From Vulcanimicrobiota bacterium (GTDB lineage Bacteria > Vulcanimicrobiota > Vulcanimicrobiia > Vulcanimicrobiales > Vulcanimicrobiaceae), in assembly GCA_963743445.1 (NCBI GenBank), contig CAVUPL010000003.1:375984-439983 (forward strand): a DNA stretch of 64,000 nucleotides, in the 5' to 3' direction. The notes under the pieces are model-generated. The model had not been told where the DNA came from, did not search any database, and saw only the letters and a list, made by a program, of their open reading frames with translations. Below, piece by piece: positions 53,796-62,362 of the stretch. The position numbers and the translations under genes are program-made. The stretch's first letter is position 1, and each line of letters opens with the position of its first letter.

Positions 53796-54302
53796 TCAGG
53801 GCTTCCTGGCTTCATATTTGACCAGCGTTGCGCCAAAGTGATGTGCGAGTCCGAGCGGCGTCATGCCAACTGAGCGCATCACGCCTATCGAGCGAACGTT
53901 TTCCGAAAACGCGACGGCCACGATACGGGAGATATTCAATCTCGAAAAGCCATGGGCGATGATCGCCCTGGCTGCTTCCGAAGCATAGCCTTGTCCCCAA
54001 TGGGAAGAATCCAGAATATATGCGATCTCGATTTCCGGAGTCTGTTCGAGAAGGCCTAGCCCGCAATGTCCGATGATCGTTCCGAGGCTCTTAACGACGA
54101 CGGGATAGAATCCATATCCGTGCTCGATATCCAGCTCTCGCATCCGCGCTACCGCCCGGACGGTTCGATCGGGGCTCCATACGCCGCCCGGAATGAACTC
54201 CATAACCTCTGGCTTGCGGTAAATGTCTGCTACTGCCGCTGCGTCTTCGTCGTTCCACTTGCGGAGTACTAGGCGCTCGGTCTCAACGACGACGCAGCTC
54301 AT
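53796..54302 (-). CDS. GNAT-family N-acetyltransferase (RimJ/RimL-like)
   Basis: TERLVLRKWNDEDAAAVADIY...IGHCGL....EIAYILDSSHWGQGYASEAARAIIAHGF..L...RIVAV..EN..S..VM...GM. Confidence 0.8.
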   Translation of the reverse strand: MSCVVVETERLVLRKWNDEDAAAVADIYRKPEVMEFIPGGVWSPDRTVRAVARMRELDIEHGYGFYPVVVKSLGTIIGHCGLGLLEQTPEIEIAYILDSSHWGQGYASEAARAIIAHGFSRLNISRIVAVAFSENVRSIGVMRSVGMTPLGLAHHFGATLVKYEARKP

Positions 54303-54309
54303 CGAGCCC

Positions 54310-55515
54310 TCAAGGCGTTCCTCCCAGCACCGCGGCGGCGGACGCGAGCGCCTTCGACCATGCGGTGTGGTGGGCGCGATACGTCGGCCAGTTCGGATCA
54401 TCGGCGGTGAGCCATTCTTGGTAGTAGAGCTCGAATATCTGGGCGTGATTGTAGAGTGCATACGGCAACAGCTGCGTGAGCGGAGCAAGTTTAGGGAACG
54501 CCGGGTTGAGCGTCCACGAGATCGGTTGGAACTGCAGCGGAACCTTTCCGGCGTACTCGTCGAACGCGTGGCACCAGTACGGAACCGGGGAGTTGTTCGC
54601 GCACGCGACCGTGGTGCTTCCGTAGTTTCCGGATCCGAGGTTCTCGGTGCCGAATCCGATCGCGTTGTCGTAGGCGCTGTGCGCGACCGCGCCGGGGACG
54701 TCGAAGGGATGCTGCGGATCGGCGAACGTGTTGAGCGCTACTAGTTGTTGCACGCGTGATGAGTTACGTTGCGACTCCGCCGCAATCTCGCTCACGACGC
54801 TCGTGCTGTACGTCGCCCACCGCTTGGCCGACATCCCGTAAGCGGCCCAGGCGGCAAAGCAGTTCCCGTCAGCGCCGTGCTGTGGAAAATCTTCGGCGCC
54901 GGCGCCCAGGCCGAAACGCATGTATCCGACGTGCCGATCGCTGGCGTACTTGCGAATCATCGCGGCGATGAAGGCTCCCCACGGCCGCCGGTACCCCGGC
55001 TCCCAATAGACGGGCGTCGGCGGACCGGCCTTCTGGCCGCCGCCCGGATTCGGGCATGGCACGACGTCGACTTTGTTGGGGCCGGTTTGCGCGAGAACCC
55101 AAGCGGGCGTCGCCGTGTTCGCGGTCCCCACTTCGTTAACGCCGGCCACGAGGACGTTTACTGTCTTGCCGGCCTTCAACCACGGCGCCATCGCGGCTTC
55201 GAGCGGCGCAAAGTCGTACTGTGGATTGACCGACGGACCGCGATCGATCGCCGACCACATCACCAAGATGCTCGCGCCGCACAGCCGCGAGTCTCCGGAT
55301 AGATATTTCAGAATTTCGGGTTGGCTCTTGATTTCGGTCAGGCTGTCTATCCAGACCATCAATCCGTGGGGAGCGGCCGGATCGGGCACCGTAGCCAGCG
55401 GCTTGGTACACGAGGCGAACTGCACGGCGCGAGGTGCGCTGGGAAGTTCGTACGTCGCCGCGGAGCATGCGGCCAGCGAAACGAGAATCGTGAAACACCT
55501 GAACACCTGACGCAC
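54310..55515 (-). CDS. hypothetical lipoprotein, possibly glycoside-hydrolase-like TIM barrel
   Basis: Lipobox-like ILVSLAACSA. ..VMWSAIDRGPSVNPQYDFAPLEAAMAPWLKAGKTV.. resembles the N-terminal strand-loop of GH42-type enzymes. Function is tentative. Confidence 0.5.
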   Translation of the reverse strand: MRQVFRCFTILVSLAACSAATYELPSAPRAVQFASCTKPLATVPDPAAPHGLMVWIDSLTEIKSQPEILKYLSGDSRLCGASILVMWSAIDRGPSVNPQYDFAPLEAAMAPWLKAGKTVNVLVAGVNEVGTANTATPAWVLAQTGPNKVDVVPCPNPGGGQKAGPPTPVYWEPGYRRPWGAFIAAMIRKYASDRHVGYMRFGLGAGAEDFPQHGADGNCFAAWAAYGMSAKRWATYSTSVVSEIAAESQRNSSRVQQLVALNTFADPQHPFDVPGAVAHSAYDNAIGFGTENLGSGNYGSTTVACANNSPVPYWCHAFDEYAGKVPLQFQPISWTLNPAFPKLAPLTQLLPYALYNHAQIFELYYQEWLTADDPNWPTYRAHHTAWSKALASAAAVLGGTP

Positions 55516-55536
55516 ACCTCCCGATTGCGTGGACCC

Positions 55537-56253
55537 TTAGGGCATCTTCATCTCCATCGCGCCGTCTCCGGCACCGCTCTCGTTGGGATGAAGAGCCCAA
55601 ATCTTCGCCGGATCCGTTTGCATCGGCCAGACGTGTAGCATCCAGCCGAAAACCCACGCTTTCCAATACCCGTTCGCGGCCACGCAACTGACACGGTCAT
55701 GGATCGAGCCGGCCAAGCCGAATCGCGCGCCGGGACCGACGTAGTCGCGGCGCGTCGATCCCAGCGGCCCGATGCAAAAGTTGGTATGCCGATGCCACCT
55801 TCCGATACTCATTGGCACGTCGGCGTCGAGTTGCGCTTGCGTAGCACTGCGCGAGGCCGTGTACATCGCACCTTGGAGCACCCAACCGTGATCGGTGCGG
55901 TGATACATCAACGACGTCGGGTGGCTCGGATCGAAGTGGCCGAACCAAGCTTCCAATGCGTGCGCCTTGTTGGTGAAGTGCGCATCGACTAAATGCAATT
56001 CGGGGTGAAACTCCTTAAAACCGTCCGCAATCGCTACGTTGACGTCCCCGTACTTGCGCATTACCGGCTGCAACGCGGCAAGGATGGCATCCGCACGGGC
56101 CTGGTCGCCGGGTTCGAGGGGTCGCTTGACCGTCATATCCATGTGCGGACCCATAGCAACGACGGCAACATCGGCGGCCCGGCTTCGAGCGTAGCCGGTC
56201 GCAAGCAGTGCGGTCGCGGCCGCAATCACGAGAAAAAGAACTGGCGCTTTCAC
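55537..56253 (-). CDS. secreted hypothetical protein (238 aa), His-rich
   Basis: Signal peptide MKAPVLFLVIAAATALLATGYA. Protein-like ORF. Confidence 0.55.
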   Translation of the reverse strand: MKAPVLFLVIAAATALLATGYARSRAADVAVVAMGPHMDMTVKRPLEPGDQARADAILAALQPVMRKYGDVNVAIADGFKEFHPELHLVDAHFTNKAHALEAWFGHFDPSHPTSLMYHRTDHGWVLQGAMYTASRSATQAQLDADVPMSIGRWHRHTNFCIGPLGSTRRDYVGPGARFGLAGSIHDRVSCVAANGYWKAWVFGWMLHVWPMQTDPAKIWALHPNESGAGDGAMEMKMP

Positions 56254-56292
56254 AACTCGATTCCTCCAGTACCCGCTAACGGCACATCGCGC

Positions 56293-56811
56293 TTATGACT
56301 TCACGCAAGTTCCGTTGTAGCCGGGCTTCATGGTGCCGGTCGAATCGTCTTCGCCCAGATCGTTGAACTTCGTCGCGCTGTAAAGCGTGTACGTGTCGCG
56401 GATGTGGATGTTCTTGCCGGTGCTCGAGTCAAAGATGAAACCCGTCCACTCCGTTTTCTTGCCGTTCTGCTTCGTCGATTCGTTACCGATGCTGCCGCCG
56501 GGATAGGCCCAGGAGAACCACCACGTGCCGGTCTTCGGAGCGTACGAAAGGAAGCCGTACTGATCGTAGGCCTTGCCCGTATACCGCCAGATGATCGCGC
56601 CTGTAGTGCTGCTGCGCGTAGCCGTTAACATCTGAACCGCCGGGCCGGCCAGCGCGCTCGGGATGCTGTTCTTGCAGGTCCAAGTGCCGATCATCCAATC
56701 ATACGCATGCAGCCCCATGCCCGCCCCGGACATCATCGATGACTGCGCGCGGACGGCAGCCGGAGCGGCGACCAGTCCGGCGAGCGCACAGAGAACGAGA
56801 AGCTTTCTCAT
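56293..56811 (-). CDS. secreted hypothetical protein (172 aa)
   Basis: Signal peptide MRKLLVLCALAGLVAAPAAVRA. Confidence 0.55.
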   Translation of the reverse strand: MRKLLVLCALAGLVAAPAAVRAQSSMMSGAGMGLHAYDWMIGTWTCKNSIPSALAGPAVQMLTATRSSTTGAIIWRYTGKAYDQYGFLSYAPKTGTWWFSWAYPGGSIGNESTKQNGKKTEWTGFIFDSSTGKNIHIRDTYTLYSATKFNDLGEDDSTGTMKPGYNGTCVKS

Positions 56812-56847
56812 GGTAAGATCCTCCCAAAGAAGCGAGCTGCAGGTCAG

Positions 56848-57243
56848 TTAAGCTTCGTATTGCTCGTCGGTGACTTTTTCCATCCAATCCACGGGGCGCC
56901 CATCGAGCTCCTCCTGAATGGCGATATGGGTCATCGCCGTCGTCGGCGTGGCGCCATGCCAATGCTTCTCACCAGGCGCGATTGAAACCACGTCACCCGG
57001 TCGAATTTCATCGATCGGACCGCCCCAGCGCTGAACGCGACCGCAGCCAGCAGTAACGACAAGGGTCTGGCCGAACGGATGCGTATGCCACGCCGTTCGC
57101 GCGTACGGCTCGAACGTCACGCTAGAGCCGAGCGCACGGGACGGATCCTTCGCTTGAAAGAGTGGGTCGATGCGTACCGTGCCCGTAAAATACTCTTGCG
57201 GTCCTTTTTGACTCGGTTGCGAACCGGCGCGTTTGATCTCCAT
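56848..57243 (-). CDS. cupin-domain protein
   Basis: ..[49 protein letters not shown] has the two cupin motifs. Confidence 0.8.
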   Translation of the reverse strand: MEIKRAGSQPSQKGPQEYFTGTVRIDPLFQAKDPSRALGSSVTFEPYARTAWHTHPFGQTLVVTAGCGRVQRWGGPIDEIRPGDVVSIAPGEKHWHGATPTTAMTHIAIQEELDGRPVDWMEKVTDEQYEA

Positions 57244-57288
57244 TCCAGATTCCTTCGTCTAAGCTCTCAGAGTCTGCGTTTCTTCATT

Positions 57289-58329
57289 TTAGGAGACCGT
57301 GAGCAGCACTTTAATCGCGCGGCGTTCATCCATCGCTTCATACCCGTCCGCGGCGCTGCCGAGCGGTAACGCGAGATCAAGCACCGGCGAGGGGTCGATG
57401 CGTGCGGCCTCGAGGGCTGCGATGAGCTGCGGAAGATAAGCGCGCACCGGAGCGACGCCGCCCACGAGGGAAAGGTTGTCGTGAAAGATTTCGTCCAGCG
57501 GGGCCGCCTTAACGTTGTGCGGCACGCCGAGGAAGCTGATGGTGCCGCCCGGGCGTGCGACGCCCACCGCCAAATCCAAACTTTCCTGATTTCCGACCGC
57601 TTCGACGACGTGCGGCGCTCCGCCGCCGGTCAGCTCGAGAATCTCCTCTTGCACGTTCTCGTCGCGCGAGTTGAATGTATGCGTCGCGCCGAACCGCTGG
57701 GCGAGCTCGAGGCGCTTTGGGTTGTGCCCGACTGCGATGATCCGTTCGGCGCGAATGAGTTTTGCTGCTGAAAGAGCCGCACACAAGCCGACCGCGCCGT
57801 CGCCGACGACGACGACCGTTGACCCGGTCGCGGAGTGTGCCCGCACGACGCCGTGATGCCCCGTCGCCATAACGTCGCAGAGCGTTACGCTGGCGTTATG
57901 CTTGTCAGCGTCGTCCGCGATTGCTTCGGGCATTCCGACGAGCGTCCCATCGGCGTATGGCACCCGCACGAATTCGGCTTGGCCGCCCCATCCTTCACTT
58001 CCGAAGAAGCCGCCGTGCACGCATGACGTCTGCAGGCCGGCACGGCAGAATTCGCACGTGCCGTCGCTCCACGCGAACGGCGCGATCACGGAATCGCCCG
58101 GACCGATGCTACGCACGCCGGCGCCGACCTCTTCAATGACCCCGACGAATTCGTGACCGGTGCGATCTCCAGGCGTCAGTTGCGTGATGCCGCGATAAAA
58201 CCACAGGTCTGACCCGCAAATCGCGGACCGCGTAATGCGAACGATCGCATCGGTCGAATCGACGATACGCGGGTCGGCGACGTTTTCGACGCGGACGTCA
58301 TGTGGGCCGTGATAGACCGCTGCCTTCAT
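57289..58329 (-). CDS. zinc-dependent alcohol dehydrogenase family protein
   Basis: MKAAVYHGPHDVRVENV..ICGSDLWFYRG..GHEFVG..CEFCRAG..C.. and VVVVGDGAVGL Rossmann motif. Confidence 0.85.
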   Translation of the reverse strand: MKAAVYHGPHDVRVENVADPRIVDSTDAIVRITRSAICGSDLWFYRGITQLTPGDRTGHEFVGVIEEVGAGVRSIGPGDSVIAPFAWSDGTCEFCRAGLQTSCVHGGFFGSEGWGGQAEFVRVPYADGTLVGMPEAIADDADKHNASVTLCDVMATGHHGVVRAHSATGSTVVVVGDGAVGLCAALSAAKLIRAERIIAVGHNPKRLELAQRFGATHTFNSRDENVQEEILELTGGGAPHVVEAVGNQESLDLAVGVARPGGTISFLGVPHNVKAAPLDEIFHDNLSLVGGVAPVRAYLPQLIAALEAARIDPSPVLDLALPLGSAADGYEAMDERRAIKVLLTVS

Positions 58330-58353
58330 AGCCGATTGATCTCCCTCTTCGGG

Positions 58354-58842
58354 TTACTCGGTCGTCGCAATCCAGATCTGGGTAGCGATTTTCCACGTGC
58401 CGCCCTCACGGCGCAGCGTGAGGGCCAGGATTCCATTTTCGTATGCCGGTTGGCCCTTGAGCGTGTACGTGATGTGGAGAGGAACGACGACATAGGCGTT
58501 GTCGCCCGCTACCTGGTAATGTTTGACCGTCTGGACCGTTGCCTGTACGTTAGCGGAGTCCAACTGCGCGGTATTCTTGTTTACTCCGTTCCACCATTGG
58601 GTGGCGGCCGCCTGACCGGCCCACCGATACGGCGCAAACTCGTCCACGACGACGGCATCGGACGTGTAGTACGCGTCGATCCCGGCGATGTTATTGGCGT
58701 TGGTTGCCGCGATCATGGCCTTGATTGGGACCATCAGCACCGCCAGCGGCGTCGCCGCGGCAGCCGGTGCCGCGAGCGTCAGCAGAGTTGCCGCGGCCGC
58801 GCAGAGAGTTAGGGCGTAGCGCCCGAAAGCTCGATGCTGCAT
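58354..58842 (-). CDS. secreted NTF2-like (SnoaL/DUF4440-type) protein
   Basis: MQHRAFGRYALTLCAAAATLLTLAAPAAA signal, then ..IAATNANNIAGIDAYYTSDAVVVDEF.. ATG 58863 is an alternative start. Confidence 0.55.
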   Translation of the reverse strand: MQHRAFGRYALTLCAAAATLLTLAAPAAAATPLAVLMVPIKAMIAATNANNIAGIDAYYTSDAVVVDEFAPYRWAGQAAATQWWNGVNKNTAQLDSANVQATVQTVKHYQVAGDNAYVVVPLHITYTLKGQPAYENGILALTLRREGGTWKIATQIWIATTE

Positions 58843-58982
58843 CTTTGTGCTCTTCACTCCCACCGTAATTGTCTACAACAAAGACGAATTAAATCCATTT
58901 AGCCGGTGCTACCGTTCTTTACGTATGCTGGCAGCGCTGCTCGTTACCTTTGCCTTATCGCAAGACTGACTCTCGTATTGCG

Positions 58983-59345
58983 CTAGCGCGTCGATCGGAT
59001 GTACGTGGTGGCCGAATGACCGTTGGTGTCTGTGACTCGAATCTGCTCGACGTCGAGCTTGCTGCACGTGAGGCCTTGGGGAACAACCGTCCAGGCGCCG
59101 CTCGTCGTGACCGGAGATTGAACGACCCAACATTTTCCGACTGTCGTTTGCGCCGTAAACTGACCCGTGTAACCGTCTTCCTGCGCGATCAACGTGAACG
59201 ACGACGCGATCGACCTGCTGGCAGGGTTCGCGGCCGTTCCGTTTGGGGTTAACTGAATCACGTTGGGCATGTAGTCGCTGTGGGTGCAGGCAACCAGCCC
59301 GAGAGCGATGGCGAGCGTTACGAAAAGACAACGGGACCCGTTCAT
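58983..59345 (-). CDS. small lipoprotein (120 aa)
   Basis: MNGSRCLFVTLAIALGLVACTHS lipobox. The ORF track's upstream extension is unlikely. Confidence 0.55.
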   Translation of the reverse strand: MNGSRCLFVTLAIALGLVACTHSDYMPNVIQLTPNGTAANPASRSIASSFTLIAQEDGYTGQFTAQTTVGKCWVVQSPVTTSGAWTVVPQGLTCSKLDVEQIRVTDTNGHSATTYIRSTR

Positions 59346-59507
59346 GAAGAGAGTGCCGTTTGACGTTTCATCGAGCATTGCCCCCTTGCTTTCGTTTGAG
59401 GCGAATCGCGCCGTTTGCCCTGCAAACGGCAGGTCGCTATCGAGGCGCAAGGAAGCTGCAATCATGCGACTTCGGAGGGTATCGCGTTGACGGCCGACCG
59501 CAACGAA

Positions 59508-60209
59508 GTGCTAAGAAAGTTCTTTATCTTGCTGGGCCTCATGCTCGTGGTGCCTATCGCAACACCGGCGCAACAGCGCGCTGCCCCGCCGGTGTCGAGG
59601 CCGGCGCCTGCGCCGGCAGTCTACCACCCGGCTCCGGTCTATCACCCGGCTCCGGTCTATCATTCGGCTCCGGTCTATCGTCCGGTTCCGGCAGATCGCT
59701 TCGCGCCCACTTATTATCCCGCGTCACCGGTGTACTTTCCGGCGCACGAGGTCAGCGCGCAATCATCGCAGAGCTATTGGGCATCGGTACGTCCGGTGAC
59801 GGTACCGTCAGCGCCGCCATATTGGAGTTGGCGCGGCCCGGTGATTTACAATCCGTACCGTTGGAGCCCGTGGGGGTGGAACCACCACGCCATATGGTAT
59901 CCCATACACATCTACTGGGGCGGAGGCTTTTGGGGCCCATGGGGTTTGAGCAGGAACAAGGTCGCTCAATACGGTGCGATTACCAACGATCAAAGCGGCG
60001 CGATCTATCCGTCGTACGACATCGGGCCAGACAGTCCGGGCGCGCAGGTCCTCATTGACTACGGCCTCGTGCAGACGCAATGCGGTCCTCCGAATCTTGT
60101 GATCATATGGGGACCGGACAACAGCGTAATCTGCGCCTATCCGAACGACTTGGTCTCGCCAGGCAACTACGAACTCGATCCCGCCACGTTGTCGCTCCAG
60201 TCTCTCTAG
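59508..60209 (+). CDS. secreted Pro/Tyr-rich repeat protein
   Basis: GTG start. Signal VLRKFFILLGLMLVVPIATPAQQ, then PAPAVYHPAPVYHPAPVYHSAPVYRPVPA. Confidence 0.55.
   Translation: MLRKFFILLGLMLVVPIATPAQQRAAPPVSRPAPAPAVYHPAPVYHPAPVYHSAPVYRPVPADRFAPTYYPASPVYFPAHEVSAQSSQSYWASVRPVTVPSAPPYWSWRGPVIYNPYRWSPWGWNHHAIWYPIHIYWGGGFWGPWGLSRNKVAQYGAITNDQSGAIYPSYDIGPDSPGAQVLIDYGLVQTQCGPPNLVIIWGPDNSVICAYPNDLVSPGNYELDPATLSLQSL
59619..59691 (+). repeat. 15-bp in-frame tandem repeat (about 4.5 copies) encoding PAPVY(H/R)
   Basis: CCGGCTCCGGTCTATCA(C/T)(C/T) reiterated. Confidence 0.8.
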
Positions 60210-60272
60210 AAACGGTTCGGACCCGCCCCGAGGAACCGAAGCTCCACGGTGCGGGTCCTGCTTGACGTGTCG

Positions 60273-60353
60273 CTAACGGCCAACGCCCAACGCGAAGAGG
60301 ATGATGAGCACGATCAACGGTGCGCCGAGCAGCCAGAGCAGAATAAGAAGCAT
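60273..60353 (-). CDS. possible 26-aa hydrophobic peptide
   Basis: MLLILLWLLGAPLIVLIILFALGVGR*. Its ATG lies 3 nt after the stop of the 60356 gene. Too short to judge. Confidence 0.25.
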   Translation of the reverse strand: MLLILLWLLGAPLIVLIILFALGVGR

Positions 60354-60355
60354 AC

Positions 60356-60943
60356 CTACACCCTACCTTTCTGCGCCTCGATGTACGCGTTGCGCTTTTG
60401 GTGATGCGTCAGTGTCATTGGTTCGCCCGAAGCCATCCAGCCCCCGATGACGCTGCCGATAAGACCGACGAGCAACGCCGTAAGCGTTGCCATCGCGGTA
60501 TTGCGGACGATGTCCGGAGAGGCAGGTTGGGCGATCGCCGCGCCGATTGGTGACGCGACGAGGCCGCCGTACCAGCCGCCGAAAGCAGTCCCGGCACCGG
60601 CAGCCAGCATGGTGACGAGCAGTGGCGTTGCCACAAGCCACGCGATAGCTGCATGAAGTATCGTCAGTTCGGAATGACGGGCGCCGGTGATTTTTCCGGC
60701 GGCCCATCCACCGATCACGAAGCTAAAGAACGCGGTGCAGACGGTTACTGCAACGTCAACACGCGAAATCGTGTGCCATGAAGAGAGTTTTTCCAAAGAC
60801 GTCGCGCCGATGGCCATGCCGAGCAGTCCGAAGATCAATGCGGCACAGACCGACGCGAGCGCGCCAACCCATATCGCGCTCCAGTTGACGCTCCAGGCTA
60901 CCCAAGTGCCGGGGCGCGCGTAGAGCTCCTGATCTGATGTCAT
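60356..60943 (-). CDS. integral membrane protein (195 aa)
   Basis: Five hydrophobic, Gly/Ala-rich helices. Confidence 0.55.
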   Translation of the reverse strand: MTSDQELYARPGTWVAWSVNWSAIWVGALASVCAALIFGLLGMAIGATSLEKLSSWHTISRVDVAVTVCTAFFSFVIGGWAAGKITGARHSELTILHAAIAWLVATPLLVTMLAAGAGTAFGGWYGGLVASPIGAAIAQPASPDIVRNTAMATLTALLVGLIGSVIGGWMASGEPMTLTHHQKRNAYIEAQKGRV

Positions 60944-61032
60944 CGTGTCCCTCCAAGAACTGAGCTTCCGGCTCCTTGCCCAAAACCGGACTTAGCGAAA
61001 CCCTCAGAGCATCGAGGAGGGCGTTATTGCGA

Positions 61033-61473
61033 CTACGTTTTGACGTGTGCGATCGTAATCATGGTCTTGGCTCCCGACGTCGTGATGGTTAGCGACGTCT
61101 GGTCCGTGCCGGGATTACCAATCATGAAGACGGCGCTTTGAACGGGCGCGGTCGTGTGCGACTTTTCAGAGCCGGCGGGCATATGCTGCTGGTACCATGT
61201 GTAAACCTTGTCAAACGCATCGTCGGTCGTCATGACCGTGCCCGTTGCACTCTGCCCCATATTGGAGCTGCTTCCCGAAGCCTGCGTCGCTGCGCCGGGA
61301 TAGCTGGGAATTTCGCCGGACGCTGCGGCAGCAGTTGTGGCGGCGCCGCTCGGCTCCGCAGCAGAGGTTGCCGCCGCGTTCGACTGATCCGAGCTATTCG
61401 AATTTGACTTGCCCGCGCACGCGGTCATCGCAAGCGCGGCCGCGATGACGAGCGACATGCTGAATAAACGCAT
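61033..61473 (-). CDS. lipoprotein (146 aa)
   Basis: MRLFSMSLVIAAALAMTACAGKS lipobox, followed by a Ser/Ala-rich linker. Confidence 0.6.
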   Translation of the reverse strand: MRLFSMSLVIAAALAMTACAGKSNSNSSDQSNAAATSAAEPSGAATTAAAASGEIPSYPGAATQASGSSSNMGQSATGTVMTTDDAFDKVYTWYQQHMPAGSEKSHTTAPVQSAVFMIGNPGTDQTSLTITTSGAKTMITIAHVKT

Positions 61474-61573
61474 TTGATTCTCCTTTAAAGAACTGAGGCG
61501 TGGTGACGCTTGGTCCCTGAGGTTAACGCCAAGCAGTCGCCATTCTCCTGCGGCAATGACCGACCGCCTCTAT

Positions 61574-62065
61574 TCAGCCCGAAATTGGCGAAGCGCTCGG
61601 GGACGGCGCAGGCGTGACCACCGGCGTTGCTGACGGCGTCGGCGATGGCGTGCTCGCCCAAGCCGGCTCGAGTTTCGCCCGAATGCCGCGATGAAGTTGA
61701 TCGCGGCTTTCGCGCGCGTACGATGTTTCTGGGAAATGCGATTTCACGTAGACGAGCAGCGCAACGGCGTGGTCGCGCGCGACCGTTCCGGGAAGCTCCT
61801 CGTAAAGCTGCGCCAGCTCATAGCCGGTCGACGCAAGCCACGGATCCTTTGGGTAGAGCCGAGCCCACTCGTCGAACGCATCTTGGGTCAGCAGCAACAA
61901 GTGCAAGGTTTGATCGGGAAGCAAGTCGTGGTTTTCGTAACGTTTCTTGAGCTGCATCGTTTCGTACCGGATCCTCAGCGCGCTCATCTTGAGCTTGCCA
62001 AAGTACTGGTCCGCCGGCGCAGTCGTGGCGGCCACTTGTGCCGCTACTAAAAAAACGCTAATCAA
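61574..62065 (-). CDS. hypothetical protein with Pro/Ser/Thr-rich C-terminus
   Basis: Protein-like ORF. C-terminus is ASTPSPTPSATPVVTPAPSPSASP. Confidence 0.5.
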   Translation of the reverse strand: MISVFLVAAQVAATTAPADQYFGKLKMSALRIRYETMQLKKRYENHDLLPDQTLHLLLLTQDAFDEWARLYPKDPWLASTGYELAQLYEELPGTVARDHAVALLVYVKSHFPETSYARESRDQLHRGIRAKLEPAWASTPSPTPSATPVVTPAPSPSASPISG

Positions 62066-62072
62066 GCCGGTC

Positions 62073-62336
62073 CTAGTGGGGCTGGGTGTTCGTGGTGGAA
62101 CTCGAGTTGCTCTGCTGGGCTCCTGCGTTGCCCGGCTGGGTTATCGTTGTAGTGTTCGTCGTGGACGTCGTACTCCACGGGTGCCAGTAGAAGAGCACGA
62201 TCAGGACGGCTGCAACGACGATCGCGACGCCGGCGACCCACGCGATGGGACCCGCCGAGTTACGCTGAACTTCAACCACCTGGGGTTCGTTACGCATGCT
62301 TGATACCTCCGGGCGCATTCTTCCCGAAGGTCGCAA
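62073..62336 (-). CDS. small single-pass membrane protein with Thr/Ser/Asn-rich tail
   Basis: TM segment PIAWVAGVAIVVAAVLIVLFYW. The start is uncertain (three in-frame ATGs). Confidence 0.45.
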   Translation of the reverse strand: MRPSGRMRPEVSSMRNEPQVVEVQRNSAGPIAWVAGVAIVVAAVLIVLFYWHPWSTTSTTNTTTITQPGNAGAQQSNSSSTTNTQPH

Positions 62337-62362
62337 GCCTCAATCAAACGGATCATTAGGAG

